NCBI GenBank assembly: GCA_963706595.1
Contig: OY970166.1
Coordinates: 4,896,001-4,960,000, forward strand
Length of the DNA stretch: 64,000 nt
DNA from: an uncultured cyanobacterium
GTDB taxonomy: Bacteria > Cyanobacteriota > Cyanobacteriia > Cyanobacteriales > Nostocaceae
Reading direction: 5' to 3'
Positions 20,105 through 31,558 of this stretch are shown in pieces. The translations under genes were made by a program, and so were the position numbers. The notes beneath the pieces are model-generated. The model worked only from the letters and a program-made list of their open reading frames with translations. It did no database searches and was not told the DNA's origin. Within the stretch, counting starts at the first letter, position 1; each line of letters opens with the position of its first letter.

Positions 20105-20476
20105 ATGGCTGTTAGCTTAACAGAAAAAGCAGAGTTTCGTCTGCGGGCATTTATCAGAGGTTCAGCTTCTGATAATAATGACGCTCAAAAAGGCATCCGT
20201 ATATCTGTAAAAGATGGTGGTTGCAATGGCTATGAATATGGCATTGATGTCACTAGCAAACCACAACCAGATGATTTGGTAATTCAACAAGGTAATGTGT
20301 TGATTTACGTTGATGCTAAAAGTGCGCCGTTATTAGATGGGGTTGTGGTCGATTTTGTAGAAGGGGTAATGGAAAGTGGCTTTAAGTTCACTAACCCTAA
20401 TGCAAGTGATACCTGCGGTTGTGGAAAATCATTCAAAACAGATGATGGCACACCTACGGGTGTACCTTGCAGCTAG
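20105..20476 (+). CDS. hesB: HesB/IscA-type Fe-S assembly protein
   Basis: GGCNG and CGCGKSF motifs. Confidence 0.95.
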   Translation: MAVSLTEKAEFRLRAFIRGSASDNNDAQKGIRISVKDGGCNGYEYGIDVTSKPQPDDLVIQQGNVLIYVDAKSAPLLDGVVVDFVEGVMESGFKFTNPNASDTCGCGKSFKTDDGTPTGVPCS

Positions 20477-20638
20477 TTCAACGAATAGGCAGGGGGAAGG
20501 GGAGAAGAGAAGAGGAACCCCATCAATGCAGTGTCCTCTTCCGTGCTGCTGCTCGAAGTTTGGAGTTCACTAAGTAACAGAAACTCATAAACTTCGCGAA
20601 ATCAATTTGATCTTATAACTTTTGAGGAGAATCGGAAA

Positions 20639-20938
20639 ATGGCCAGCTATCAAGTTAGATTAATCAACAAAAAGCAAGAACTCGACACCACAATTGAAAT
20701 TGATGAAGAGACTACCATTTTAGAAGGAGCAGAAGAAAATGGGATTGAGTTGCCTTTCTCTTGTCATTCAGGTTCTTGCTCTAGCTGTGTAGGAAAAATT
20801 GTTGAAGGTGAAGTTGATCAATCTGATCAAATCTTCTTAGATGATGAGCAAATGTCTAAAGGTTTCGCTCTCCTTTGCGTTACTTATCCCCGTTCTAATT
20901 GCACAATTAAAACTCACCAAGAACCATATCTTGTGTAG
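20639..20938 (+). CDS. fdxH: heterocyst 2Fe-2S ferredoxin
   Basis: [25 protein letters not shown]. Confidence 0.97.
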   Translation: MASYQVRLINKKQELDTTIEIDEETTILEGAEENGIELPFSCHSGSCSSCVGKIVEGEVDQSDQIFLDDEQMSKGFALLCVTYPRSNCTIKTHQEPYLV

Positions 20939-20966
20939 AGTATTGCTTTGAACTCTCAGAAGATTT

Positions 20967-21003
20967 AGATCCCCGACTTCTTGAAGAAGTCGGGGATCTT
21001 TTT
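20967..21003. terminator. palindrome/bidirectional terminator-like element between convergent genes (related copy 58909-58940)
   Basis: AGATCCCCGACTTCTT-G-AAGAAGTCGGGGATCT followed by a T-run. Confidence 0.7.
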
Positions 21004-21015
21004 CATTTAGAATTG

Positions 21016-22197
21016 CTATATTGCCGAATTTTGAGAATTTTCTGATGTATAACTGAGCCAGCGAGTGGAAATGTCTTGCAAAGAGCCATTTTCAGACATC
21101 AGTCGCAATTGAATATTGAGGTCTTTTGTTAAAGGACTATCGATGGGTAAGACAAACCCATAAAGCTCAGTTCCTAAAGACAAATTAGTTAATTTCAGGT
21201 TCAATTCGGGATTTTGCGTGAGGTAATATTCCATAGCGGGACGGTCGAACACTACTGCATCGGCTCGTTCCGTAGACAGTTGTTCTACGGCTTCTGATAG
21301 GGTGGCGACTTCTTGAACTCGACTGCTATAATTCTGTACGACATCAGCACTAGATGAGCCTTCGACAGTTGTTAGTCTGGTATCTTTAAGGCTAGAGGGA
21401 TTGGTAAATCTTTCAGTAGAATCACCAGACAAGGCGATAGTTATGGCTGAAGCCAGTCCGGCTGTTAATGAAGAAACTGTCACTAAAGCCAATATCATCC
21501 AAGTTCCAGCGATGAAACGGCCAAGACGGGTAACAGGTGCGCGATCGCCATACCCCACTGTAGTCAATGTTACTAGCGCAAACCACATCCCGTTACCCAC
21601 TCCCTGAAGATAATTTTTCGGGAATTGTTCACTATTTTGATTTCGTTCCGCCAACCAAACCAAATTCCCCACCACGAACATCAGGATAACTAATACGCCT
21701 ATAGAAGTTAACACCGCAGTCTCAAAAAAAGGTTGTACACGACTCCAAATACTCGGATCGTCAGCTGCTGTTAAAACGGCAATTTCTGTGGAAAAATAGG
21801 GTTGGGTAAAGTCAACTTTTTTGAGTCGCTGGGCTGTAATTGTAATCGGTCCAATCAACAAATCCAATTCGCCCTGTTCCACAACTTCTAGGGCATTGGC
21901 AACGCTAGATTGAGGAATTAATTCATACTCTATATTTTGAGAACGAGCCACTTCTTCCCATACTTCCACACTAATGCCTGAAGTGTCTTTATTTTTGCCA
22001 ACTACGAAAGGAGCCGAACCAGCTACCCCGACTCGTAAAGGCGCGGCTGAAGCTAAAGTTGGAACAGAAATTACTAAAGCGACAGCTACCCCTGTCAAGC
22101 AATTATGGTTGACTGCAAAACCTTGGCGGATATGCAATATAGATGCAGAAAAAATGCTCTGTATTTGCTGTGAATATAGGAAGTTGCGGAAATTCAT
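21016..22197 (-). CDS. GluR0-type ligand-gated K+ channel (split PBP domain + 2TM/P-loop); start uncertain
   Basis: TLTTVGYGD selectivity filter inserted between two halves of an SBP_bac_3 domain. Confidence 0.88.
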   Translation of the reverse strand: MNFRNFLYSQQIQSIFSASILHIRQGFAVNHNCLTGVAVALVISVPTLASAAPLRVGVAGSAPFVVGKNKDTSGISVEVWEEVARSQNIEYELIPQSSVANALEVVEQGELDLLIGPITITAQRLKKVDFTQPYFSTEIAVLTAADDPSIWSRVQPFFETAVLTSIGVLVILMFVVGNLVWLAERNQNSEQFPKNYLQGVGNGMWFALVTLTTVGYGDRAPVTRLGRFIAGTWMILALVTVSSLTAGLASAITIALSGDSTERFTNPSSLKDTRLTTVEGSSSADVVQNYSSRVQEVATLSEAVEQLSTERADAVVFDRPAMEYYLTQNPELNLKLTNLSLGTELYGFVLPIDSPLTKDLNIQLRLMSENGSLQDISTRWLSYTSENSQNSAI

Positions 22198-22240
22198 GAG
22201 TTATTGACTCCTGACTTACTTCTCAAATAGGTTACATTAT

Positions 22241-23095
22241 TTATGTTGATAACTGCCAAAGTTGAATTTTATAACACAGATGGTTATTAAAAATTTCTCG
22301 TGCAGCTAGACCTTCCGCAATTGGTTGCTCCAGCCAACGTTTAAAAGCCCAACTTCCTATTGTATGTACAGGTGGAACTGCTATCTTGACAACATCAGCA
22401 ATATATTTAAATGTGGTTAATCCAAAAGTCCGAAAATTACTCAGACACAAATCAAGTGTTGGTGCAATTGATTGAGAAATATCTTCGCTTTTAATTAATT
22501 TAAATCCAGCCTTCTCTAAAGCTGCGTGGAGGTCATTAGCAACATGACAGTTAGAAAAAATTCCCTCTTTGTATTCGGCATCCAAGCGCATCATATCTGC
22601 TATTAGTAAGTAACTACCACTATTAAGTAAACGCGCAGCACCTTGGGCTAAATCTTCCACAGCCATATATTGGCTACTTTCACTAAATAGAACTAAATCA
22701 TAGAAATGTGAAGTCTGAAATTCTTCAAATGTCGTTAAGTAGAAAGGTATTTTACCGTTAGTATTTTGAATAAACTTCTCTTCTTGGATTGCATCGGGTG
22801 CTAGTCCTTCAACACTCAGTCCACGTTCCCATAGTAATTTTGCATTACCACCAATACCACAGCCTACATCCAGTACAGATTTGGTTCCTTCTGGGATGAA
22901 ACTAAACAGTTTAGTTGTATAGGCTTCTTGTGCCGTACGCAGCTGAGTTATAGTCAATTCTTCATCAATATTTGGTATTACTTCCCAATAGCCATAGTGT
23001 AGATAGGAGGAACCTGTGAGTCCCATATAGTAATCTATGGCTGCATTTTGGTAGCGTGTGGCTTTGGAAATCTTAATTGACTTTGATTTTTGCAT
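22241..23095 (-). CDS. class I SAM-dependent methyltransferase
   Basis: LHYGYW and VLDVGCGIGG motifs. Confidence 0.88.
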   Translation of the reverse strand: MQKSKSIKISKATRYQNAAIDYYMGLTGSSYLHYGYWEVIPNIDEELTITQLRTAQEAYTTKLFSFIPEGTKSVLDVGCGIGGNAKLLWERGLSVEGLAPDAIQEEKFIQNTNGKIPFYLTTFEEFQTSHFYDLVLFSESSQYMAVEDLAQGAARLLNSGSYLLIADMMRLDAEYKEGIFSNCHVANDLHAALEKAGFKLIKSEDISQSIAPTLDLCLSNFRTFGLTTFKYIADVVKIAVPPVHTIGSWAFKRWLEQPIAEGLAAREIFNNHLCYKIQLWQLST

Positions 23096-23252
23096 TTAGG
23101 GTTAAGGTCAGCTTGGCGAAGGTATTGGTATTTAATCACATTATTCTGATCAAATACCAAATTGCGCCTGCTGTCTCACGCACCAAGCGCACCAGACGCA
23201 AAGAGGAAGATATGAGATGCGATCGCCTAATTAGTTTGGAAATCTGGTATTT

Positions 23253-23681
23253 TTAGTTACAGAGTTCTTTTTCTGGAGATTTGATCAGTGAGGGCGTAGG
23301 TACTGCTGGAATACGTGCCAAGATTCCTTTTTTAAGTGGTTCTGGGCGTTCACTCCACGGTAATAAACCTTCTGGGTGAGCATAATATTTACTCGCACAC
23401 TCGAAGACTCCAGCAATTGCTGTGGGTGATAAATCAGCAGCAATATCACCAAAAAGATATGTAGATTTGTTGTATGCAGCAAAGGATACCACACAAGCGC
23501 GATCGCAAGCGCTCATGCAATTCACGGGTTGAATAATAAACTCTGTGTTCAATTCCCAATCGGGATAATGTGCTTGCAACTGTTTGAGCAGCTGTTCTCC
23601 GCCACTTTCACCTACACGCTTACCACCTTCCCACTTACTTCCACAAGTGGTACAAACAAACATTGTATGTTGTGCCGTCAT
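23253..23681 (-). CDS. DUF1636 family metal-binding protein
   Basis: FVCTTC, VNCMSACDRAC, RPEPLK..ILARIP. Confidence 0.88.
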   Translation of the reverse strand: MTAQHTMFVCTTCGSKWEGGKRVGESGGEQLLKQLQAHYPDWELNTEFIIQPVNCMSACDRACVVSFAAYNKSTYLFGDIAADLSPTAIAGVFECASKYYAHPEGLLPWSERPEPLKKGILARIPAVPTPSLIKSPEKELCN

Positions 23682-23715
23682 CTATGCCTCGTAGATTTTA
23701 GCTAAAGTTACTTTT

Positions 23716-23893
23716 GTATCGGCGGGTATTCTGACTTACGCAATTTTAAATTTTCAGCTTTGGACTGTCTGATAAAATCTTAAATCTTAAACTAAAAATC
23801 CCAAATCGGTTTACAGCTGCGGGACAGCGCCGGATTTACACCGAACTTTCCCCCTTACCTCTAAGTAGCTGATTTCTACTAGAACCGAATATA
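23716..23893 (-). ncRNA. cobalamin riboswitch
   Basis: Minus strand reads GGTTC...AGGGGGAAAGTTCGGTGTAAATCCGGCGCTGTCCCGCAGCTGT...AAGTCAGAATACCCGCC (B12 box), just upstream of DUF1636. Confidence 0.92.
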
Positions 23894-24061
23894 TGAAAAT
23901 CTATCATAGTTTCGTTAAATTTATGACATTGTGAATGAGAAAGTTCATAGAAACTTGTCCAGCCTTAACGCCACTGATCACAATAGGTAAACTAAGATAC
24001 CGTGTATTTACCAAAGAGTTTTAGCTTGACAAGGGTTTGGTAAAAAGCATATTTAAATTTA

Positions 24062-24172
24062 GGCGTTGTTGATTTGAAGTATGAATACGATTTGTGATCA
24101 TGTCCAAACCCCTGTAGAGACGTTCCATGGAACATCTCTACATTTAAATTCATACTTGGTTTTAGCAACGCC
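24062..24172. mobile_element. MITE-like element with TA flanks enclosing a GTAGAGACG...TCTCTAC palindrome (degenerate relative 8221-8321)
   Basis: TIR GGCGTTG...AAGTATGAAT / ATTCATACTT...CAACGCC. Confidence 0.65.
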
Positions 24173-24654
24173 TATATTTGGAAAGTTGACTGTAGCTTTG
24201 GCTGCATTTTTAGGTTTTATTTAGCCAACTATTGCTAATATGTCTGGGGATCTTTATAAATGATTCATAATTTAAAGTTATCAGAGTGATAATATATAAA
24301 TAAGCTTAATTGTTGCTATTGAACCTAAATTTCAACACAAAGCGATTACATGGTTATTTCAGACATTTCTATCTTAATTTTTGTTCAGTTAAAAATTAAG
24401 CAGAACTTAAGGTGCTGCCAGAATAAAATAACGAAAATCTGCGTGAATATTCTCCTCAACTTAGCCTAATTTATTTAGGTATCCTCTCAATACCAGACTT
24501 ATGGAATGGGGTGATTAAAGCTACCAATTAATCGACTAGCTAGAGTTTTGTAAGACTCTAATAATTAGGAATGCCATGATCTTTTTTTGAGGAATGGTAG
24601 GTATAACCTACTATTTATCAGGCTGAGTCAATTTAGAAATATCAAGGATTAGTT

Positions 24655-25119
24655 ATGAATCAGATCAAAAAGCAAAAAATGAGTGCAATCACCAAGCAAT
24701 GGCTGATAGCAAACGGCTACAATCCCCATAATTTAAATCAACAAGGTGAAAATGGCGACACTGCTTTGATGAAAGCGACTAGAGAAGGAGTTTATGCAGT
24801 TGTCAAAGAATTAATTGATTTGGGGGCAAATATTAACGCCAAAAATCATGACCGGAATAATGCTTTATGGTTTGCTTGTTTTGGTAATCATTATGAGTTA
24901 ATTAGCTTGCTGCTAGCTGCAAAAATTAACATTAATAACCAAAATGATAACGGTGCAACTGTTTTAATGTATGCAGCGTCAGCAGGAAAGACAGGTGTTA
25001 CTAAATTACTTCTACAATACAAACCTAATTTGAATATCAGAAATTTAGACGACTATAAAGCGATAGATTTTGCTAGCAATGTAGAGATTTTAGGATTACT
25101 CAAAAATGCCGGAAAGTAA
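24655..25119 (+). CDS. ankyrin repeat protein
   Basis: GDTALMKA, NNALWFAC, GATVLMYAA repeats. Confidence 0.92.
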   Translation: MNQIKKQKMSAITKQWLIANGYNPHNLNQQGENGDTALMKATREGVYAVVKELIDLGANINAKNHDRNNALWFACFGNHYELISLLLAAKININNQNDNGATVLMYAASAGKTGVTKLLLQYKPNLNIRNLDDYKAIDFASNVEILGLLKNAGK

Positions 25120-26392
25120 GAATTTAGAGACAGCTTACCATGATACTACCAAGCATTCTTACTTATCTGTACAGATTAATCCTAATTATGTCGATGCTTC
25201 CACCCAGCCAACTTCATTTAAAGTTTATCCCAAGTTTTATCGGCGGGTGAAATTAAATGTCAATAATCCTCTTCATTCTTTTATCTGGTTAACCAGTGCA
25301 GTAACTCTAGAAAAGGCATATAAAGATGTACCCTATAAACTCCGGGTAAATCCCTCAGCAGGCGCTTTATATCCGACGGAAGTTTATGTACAAGTGCGCG
25401 GAATGTCGGGAATGATAGATGGTATATATCATCTAGAAGTTGAGAATAATTCTCTAACTCTCATTTATGAATTAATTGATGATGGGTTGGAGAGTTATAT
25501 TATACCGGGCAAAAGTATCAAGGGCTGCATTTTTTTAATTAGTTGCGTTTATTATAGGTCTAGCTGGAAATATCAGGATAGAAGCCTGAGATATTGCTTT
25601 TTAGATAGTGGTCATCATTTAGGTGCGATCGCAGCATCAGCTTATCTGCATAACCAAGATATACAACTGATTTTTGACTTTGATAAACTTGCCCTAAATA
25701 CAGTTTTAGGCTTTGAAAATAAAGAGTTTATCACTGCGGGGGTAATCTCTGGTGAGGTGCAAGAAAAGCCAGTCAGGCGTTTAAGGCTAAAGGTTCCTTT
25801 TGTCTGTGGAACAGATTATTTTGAAGCTAATGAATTTATTGAACGTAGTTATGAACTAACATCTGTACAGCAAAGTCAAGCACAGCCACTAGTACAGCCA
25901 CAGTTTAACTTGGACAAGGAGAAGTTTTATCAAACTGTCTGGAATAGACGATCAATTAGACGTTTCCGGAAACAGTTTATTTCTCAAGAAGACTATCTAT
26001 ATATCTGGCGACAAATTGAACAATCAATACCAACAGCCCATTTTGAGGAAATCGAAATTTACGCTGTTGTGCATCGAGTAGAGGGGATATCGCCGGGATT
26101 ATATAAAGGTATGCATCTGCTGAAAGCAGGTAATTTCGGGGAACGGACAGGTTATTTATGCGTGAATCAAGCGATCGCGAGAGATTGTGCTGTAACTTTG
26201 TTCTTTGTATCTAACTATATCAATTATCAAACGGCTATGCAATTAGCTGGTTTTCTCGGACAAAGAATTTATTTGGTGAGTAATTATTTGGGAATTGATT
26301 GTAGTGGAATTGGTGCTTTTTACGATGATGAAACCCAAGAATTATTACAAACCAATAAAGATGTTCTCTATGGAATGGCTATTGGCAAATAA
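25106..26392 (+). CDS. SagB/ThcOx-like tandem nitroreductase-domain protein
   Basis: RVNPSAGALYP, RRSIRRF, SGIGAFYD. Confidence 0.9.
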   Translation: MPESKNLETAYHDTTKHSYLSVQINPNYVDASTQPTSFKVYPKFYRRVKLNVNNPLHSFIWLTSAVTLEKAYKDVPYKLRVNPSAGALYPTEVYVQVRGMSGMIDGIYHLEVENNSLTLIYELIDDGLESYIIPGKSIKGCIFLISCVYYRSSWKYQDRSLRYCFLDSGHHLGAIAASAYLHNQDIQLIFDFDKLALNTVLGFENKEFITAGVISGEVQEKPVRRLRLKVPFVCGTDYFEANEFIERSYELTSVQQSQAQPLVQPQFNLDKEKFYQTVWNRRSIRRFRKQFISQEDYLYIWRQIEQSIPTAHFEEIEIYAVVHRVEGISPGLYKGMHLLKAGNFGERTGYLCVNQAIARDCAVTLFFVSNYINYQTAMQLAGFLGQRIYLVSNYLGIDCSGIGAFYDDETQELLQTNKDVLYGMAIGK

Positions 26393-26410
26393 CTAGGATC
26401 ATAAAGAGAG

Positions 26411-26785
26411 ATGGTGAACCATAATTTTTATTTTAATAGTGACGATTCGCATCCTAAGCAGCCGACATCGGCAGATATTATACTACGGCAACAACTAGAA
26501 GATTCGATTAGTAAGTATTTTTATGAAGGGTGCGATCGCATCATTCAAAATTTGCTCTCTAATTGTCGCTGGTATGTCACAACTCGCGCTAATGCGATGA
26601 CATTAGTAATTGAATGTCCTGATCAAGTTACTAATTGGCGAGTTTTGCGACAAATCGTGCCAATGGGAACGTTACTAAACTCCATCATCAGCAGTGCTAA
26701 AATCCGTGTTTGTCCTCCAGATAGTCAAGGTATACCCTTTGAAATGAGAGTAGATGAACTGTCTGTTTATCGGGATTGGGCGTAA
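26411..26785 (+). CDS. conserved hypothetical protein, paralog of 57005-57376
   Basis: Shared CDRI.Q.LLSNC.WY, CPD.V..W, AKIRV.PP, PFE..V.E.S.YRDW. Confidence 0.8.
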   Translation: MVNHNFYFNSDDSHPKQPTSADIILRQQLEDSISKYFYEGCDRIIQNLLSNCRWYVTTRANAMTLVIECPDQVTNWRVLRQIVPMGTLLNSIISSAKIRVCPPDSQGIPFEMRVDELSVYRDWA

Positions 26786-26788
26786 GTC

Positions 26789-26820
26789 GATTTTGGATTT
26801 TGGATTTTGGATTTTGGATT
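26789..26820. repeat. STRR heptamer (GATTTTG)x4
   Basis: Seen directly. Confidence 0.8.
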
Positions 26821-26831
26821 GTTAATTCAGT

Positions 26832-27299
26832 CTATCTACTGTGATTAATGAATTTGGTTAATTGTTCAAAAACTAAATCAGCAGCAGATTTGACTATGGG
26901 ACTTAATTCTAGTCCTAAATCCAGATTTGCGGCTTCAATTAGATAAACTGTGACATCTTCGGGAAACTCATTTGCAAATATTTTCCTTCCAGCAGCTAAA
27001 GCATGATCCCAGCGAAAATCATGTAAATTATAACTAGGTTCTGGTAAAGCTTCTAATTCTTCTCCTGGGACTTTAAATATAGCACCTGGTTCGGAATTTG
27101 TGGAACTGGCATCAATAATTATTAATGTTTTACTACCCCTGGCTTTAAACATGACTTCCATCCCTGCTGTTCCACAGTCATACACGCGCACATCAGGTTG
27201 AGGATTTGCGGCTAAATATTGTTGTAGGCGTTGGGCAATAATTACGCCTACAGCATCGTCACTGCGGTTAAGATTCCCGCAACCAATGATAGTTAGCAT
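26832..27299 (-). CDS. hupW: uptake hydrogenase maturation protease
   Basis: IGCGNLNRSDDAVG, DCGTAG, IIIDA, HDFRWD; downstream of hupL. Confidence 0.9.
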   Translation of the reverse strand: MLTIIGCGNLNRSDDAVGVIIAQRLQQYLAANPQPDVRVYDCGTAGMEVMFKARGSKTLIIIDASSTNSEPGAIFKVPGEELEALPEPSYNLHDFRWDHALAAGRKIFANEFPEDVTVYLIEAANLDLGLELSPIVKSAADLVFEQLTKFINHSR

Positions 27300-27474
27300 G
27301 ACAAAATTTCCTCCAGGTGTTCGCCCCGATATTGATCATGAGTCGGGAAAAAGTAATGCTATGACTCAGTTTCAGTTTGTCAGCTTGATGGATCTGAAAA
27401 AGGAATATCACCTACGCCCTTGAGCAAGTCAAAGAGAAGTATAATAGTTAGATACACTACTGTATTTTAAGCAA

Positions 27475-27750
27475 ATGAATACTGGTGCGAAAGAACGGCA
27501 GAAATTGATTGAGGCAGTTAATGCTCTCCCAGATCATACATTACTTGAACTTGCTACTTTTGTTGACTATCTTCGTTATAAATCAACTCAGCAGCCAGAA
27601 TCAAATCATCCTAAATCTTCTTTTCTAATGTCTATTGCAGGATTAGGCACTTCTAATGAAACTAACATTTCTGAGCGGGATGAAGAGATTTTAAAAAATG
27701 AAATTAACCCTGTGTATGGTTGGAGTCTCAAATCAGATGATCCTACATGA
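27475..27750 (+). CDS. putative antitoxin
   Basis: Small ORF overlapping (ATGA) a PIN toxin gene. Confidence 0.7.
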   Translation: MNTGAKERQKLIEAVNALPDHTLLELATFVDYLRYKSTQQPESNHPKSSFLMSIAGLGTSNETNISERDEEILKNEINPVYGWSLKSDDPT

Positions 27751-28160
27751 CAGCCATCCTCGATACAAGTTTTTTGTTTGCACTTACTGATAAAAGCGAT
27801 CGCAATCATTCTCGTGTGGTGACTGTGGCAACAACCTTAAGTGAACCATTAGTTTTACCAACCTCAGTCTTACCTGAAGTTTGTTATCTAATTTTGTCTA
27901 GACTGGGACATCAAGTCATGCGTCGTTTTTTGATTGAACTCGCAGCTAGTGATATTCGACTAGAATCACTTGATTCTAAAGACTTAGCGCGAGTTAATGA
28001 AATTCTGGCAGAATATGCTGATAGTCAGCTTGACTTTACAGATGCAACAATTATTGAGCTTGCAGAAAGAGATAACATCACTCGCATCTTAACACTTGAC
28101 CGTCGTGATTTTGGTTTTGTTCGTCCAAGACATTGTAATTATTTCGAGTTGTTGCCCTAA
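27747..28160 (+). CDS. VapC-like PIN domain toxin
   Basis: ILDTSFL, LPEV, LDFTDA, TLDRRDF. Confidence 0.9.
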   Translation: MTAILDTSFLFALTDKSDRNHSRVVTVATTLSEPLVLPTSVLPEVCYLILSRLGHQVMRRFLIELAASDIRLESLDSKDLARVNEILAEYADSQLDFTDATIIELAERDNITRILTLDRRDFGFVRPRHCNYFELLP

Positions 28161-28238
28161 CAATTCAATGAAGGTTAAATCAGAGGCTTTGGCTAATGAA
28201 ACAGACAAAACCTCTGAAAAATATGGTCTGGACAGAAA

Positions 28239-28661
28239 CTAGAATTTCACCCCGTATTTACTAGCAATTTCTGTGAATTTTTCACACTGCTTTTGTGATG
28301 CGTCAGTTAATATCATTTCTGCTTGTTCTGGAGTATTACCCTCTTTAGGGATTAAATACTTGACATAAAGTGCGATAAAATCGGCGACAACTGCTAAACC
28401 AGATAAACCATGTTTGTCAGCTTCCTTCCCCGCGATCGCAGCCACTAACCCGGCTTTAATTGGGTCTGGCTTCACCTTCATAAACTGGTCAATCAGCTTA
28501 GGAACATACTCGCTTGGTGACAAGTTATTTAACTTACTTTGGTCTGGAGTAAAATTACAACCTGCCGCTTTTGACTGTTCTAAAACACACCATTCTATGA
28601 ATTCTTGCAGTGCTGCTTCAGGAAGAAGAGGGAGATATTTATGTAACGCTATATCAGGCAC
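28239..28661 (-). CDS. conserved hypothetical protein co-oriented with hupL and hupW
   Basis: 140-aa ORF with RBS-like upstream sequence; function not recognised. Confidence 0.7.
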   Translation of the reverse strand: MPDIALHKYLPLLPEAALQEFIEWCVLEQSKAAGCNFTPDQSKLNNLSPSEYVPKLIDQFMKVKPDPIKAGLVAAIAGKEADKHGLSGLAVVADFIALYVKYLIPKEGNTPEQAEMILTDASQKQCEKFTEIASKYGVKF

Positions 28662-28857
28662 AAGCTTACCTTATAGATTTATGTTTTTTGAAGTGCATCA
28701 CAGCTAGCCTAACGCATTAGTTCTATGAGTTTTAGTGTGTTACGTTACGAGATTTCAAGAAATATTTAGACTATAAATATCAAAAATTTGAATTACTGTT
28801 ATATTTTGGTATAAACAGGGGCATACTATAAAGCAGGTATAGATATAAGACTTATTC

Positions 28858-29541
28858 ATGAAACCTGTATTACGCAAAGGGCAACTAACTACTTGGAAAG
28901 ATGAGAAGGGTTTTGGTTTTATAAAATTCAGTGATGGTAGTCAGGAAGTTTTTCTTCACATTAGCGCATTTAAAAATCTTAACCGTCGTCCCCAAGTTGG
29001 TGATATTATTTGTTATCGACTCGCAGTTGAGCAAAACGGCAAATTACGGGCGTGTAATGCTTCGATTGAAGGGATGATGGTATCAAAACCTATATCTCAA
29101 TCCTCATCTTTTAGCACACCGATGAAGTTGAAATCCAAGCCTATGGTGAAATCTTCATCATTAGTCTTCGAGACATTACTTTTATCTCTACTACCTGGCT
29201 TGGGTTCAATCCATTTTTTATTGACTACAGGCATCCCAATTCCTTTCATCCTTTATCCTTGTATGAGTTTAATTACCTTAGCACTGTACGCTGATGATAA
29301 ATCTCGTGCAAAAAAAGGAAGATGGAGAGTGCAAGAGAAGACTTTACATCTATGCGAATTTATGGGTGGTTGGTTAGGTGCATTTGTTGCCCAACGCCAA
29401 TTACATCACAAAAGTAGCAAAGCTTCCTATCAAGCTGAGTTTTGGATGATAGTAATTATTCATCTTGTATTTTGGGTTGTTTGGCTACTTTTTAATAAAA
29501 CATTAATAAATTTGTTTCTTGGTATTGTTTCTGGAGGGTAA
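28858..29541 (+). CDS. cold-shock domain + DUF1294 membrane protein
   Basis: WKDEKGFGFI, VFLHISAF; DK..AK..RWRVQEKTLH...GGWLGA. Confidence 0.9.
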   Translation: MKPVLRKGQLTTWKDEKGFGFIKFSDGSQEVFLHISAFKNLNRRPQVGDIICYRLAVEQNGKLRACNASIEGMMVSKPISQSSSFSTPMKLKSKPMVKSSSLVFETLLLSLLPGLGSIHFLLTTGIPIPFILYPCMSLITLALYADDKSRAKKGRWRVQEKTLHLCEFMGGWLGAFVAQRQLHHKSSKASYQAEFWMIVIIHLVFWVVWLLFNKTLINLFLGIVSGG

Positions 29542-29651
29542 TTGAGTCATCGATTAAAAGATCATCATTGATTAAGTTTTGGAGTTTCTTCCAGCACTTC
29601 GTGAATAACTCATATTTCAGCTATGATTAATGGTAAAACTGTAAAAATAGA

Positions 29652-29864
29652 GTGAAAAATATGACGCTAACTGAGCTACTTCCTGCTGTTCGGAAACTCT
29701 CTGTATTAGAAAAACTCAAGCTAATCCGTATCTTGGCGGAAGAATTGGACACCAACGAAGATATTTCACCTCTAGAACCGTTTAAAACCTATGACTTAGC
29801 TACACCTTACAATTCCTTTGGTGCAGGTGAAATTCTGATGCAAACTTTAAAACAATCAGAATAG
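29652..29864 (+). CDS. small hypothetical protein (antitoxin-like partner of the protease gene)
   Basis: 70 aa; LLP.VR.LS..EKLKLIRILAEEL. Confidence 0.7.
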   Translation: MKNMTLTELLPAVRKLSVLEKLKLIRILAEELDTNEDISPLEPFKTYDLATPYNSFGAGEILMQTLKQSE

Positions 29865-29874
29865 GTCCGACTAG

Positions 29875-30197
29875 ATGCGATTTAAATACACTACCACTGA
29901 CTCTTCCCAAAATGAGTTTGATAATTTACCACGTATTCCACTGCGCCTTCGTCAGGGAGATAGAGCCGTGGAAGCTTTGGGATTGGTAGATAGTGGTGCG
30001 ACTGTAAATGTTCTACCCTATGAAATTGGTATTGAGTTAGGTGCTGTTTGGGATGAAAGCAAAGCGATTATTCAGTTAGCAGGAAACCTGAGCAATCTGC
30101 CAGCAATGCTCTCGGACAAACTAATTTTTTCCTGGAGTTTGATGTGTGTTTCTACCGTTCCAAACTTGAATTTAATATTGAGCCAAAGTCTGAGTAA
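29875..30197 (+). pseudogene. retropepsin-like aspartyl protease with internal deletion/frameshift
   Basis: LVDSGATVNVLP in one frame; family C-terminus LGQTNFFLEFDVCFYRSKLEF in another frame from ~30111. Confidence 0.7.
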
Positions 30198-30341
30198 ACA
30201 TTTTAAGTATGATGTTATTTAAATAAGCTAATGACTAACCAAAAAACAACTAGCCATTAGCACCTCCTTAACTCCTCAAAAACTCTCCGCGTACCTTTGC
30301 GCTAACCTCCGCGAACCTTTGCGTTTAAACTCCCCCCTTCT

Positions 30342-31442
<1,101 letters not shown>

Positions 31443-31558
31443 GTAACGAGTGCAATCCTCATAATGTTACTCAAGAACTTGTTTTATAAAGCTTTTCTGG
31501 TATGAGATAACATTTTATTTTCACCACTTCAGTTTATAAATAAGGGAATATCTAGGGA

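Noticed and set aside
25106..26392. Azole RiPP cluster around the SagB-like gene
   Set aside because: No YcaO cyclodehydratase, protease, transporter or adjacent precursor in the window
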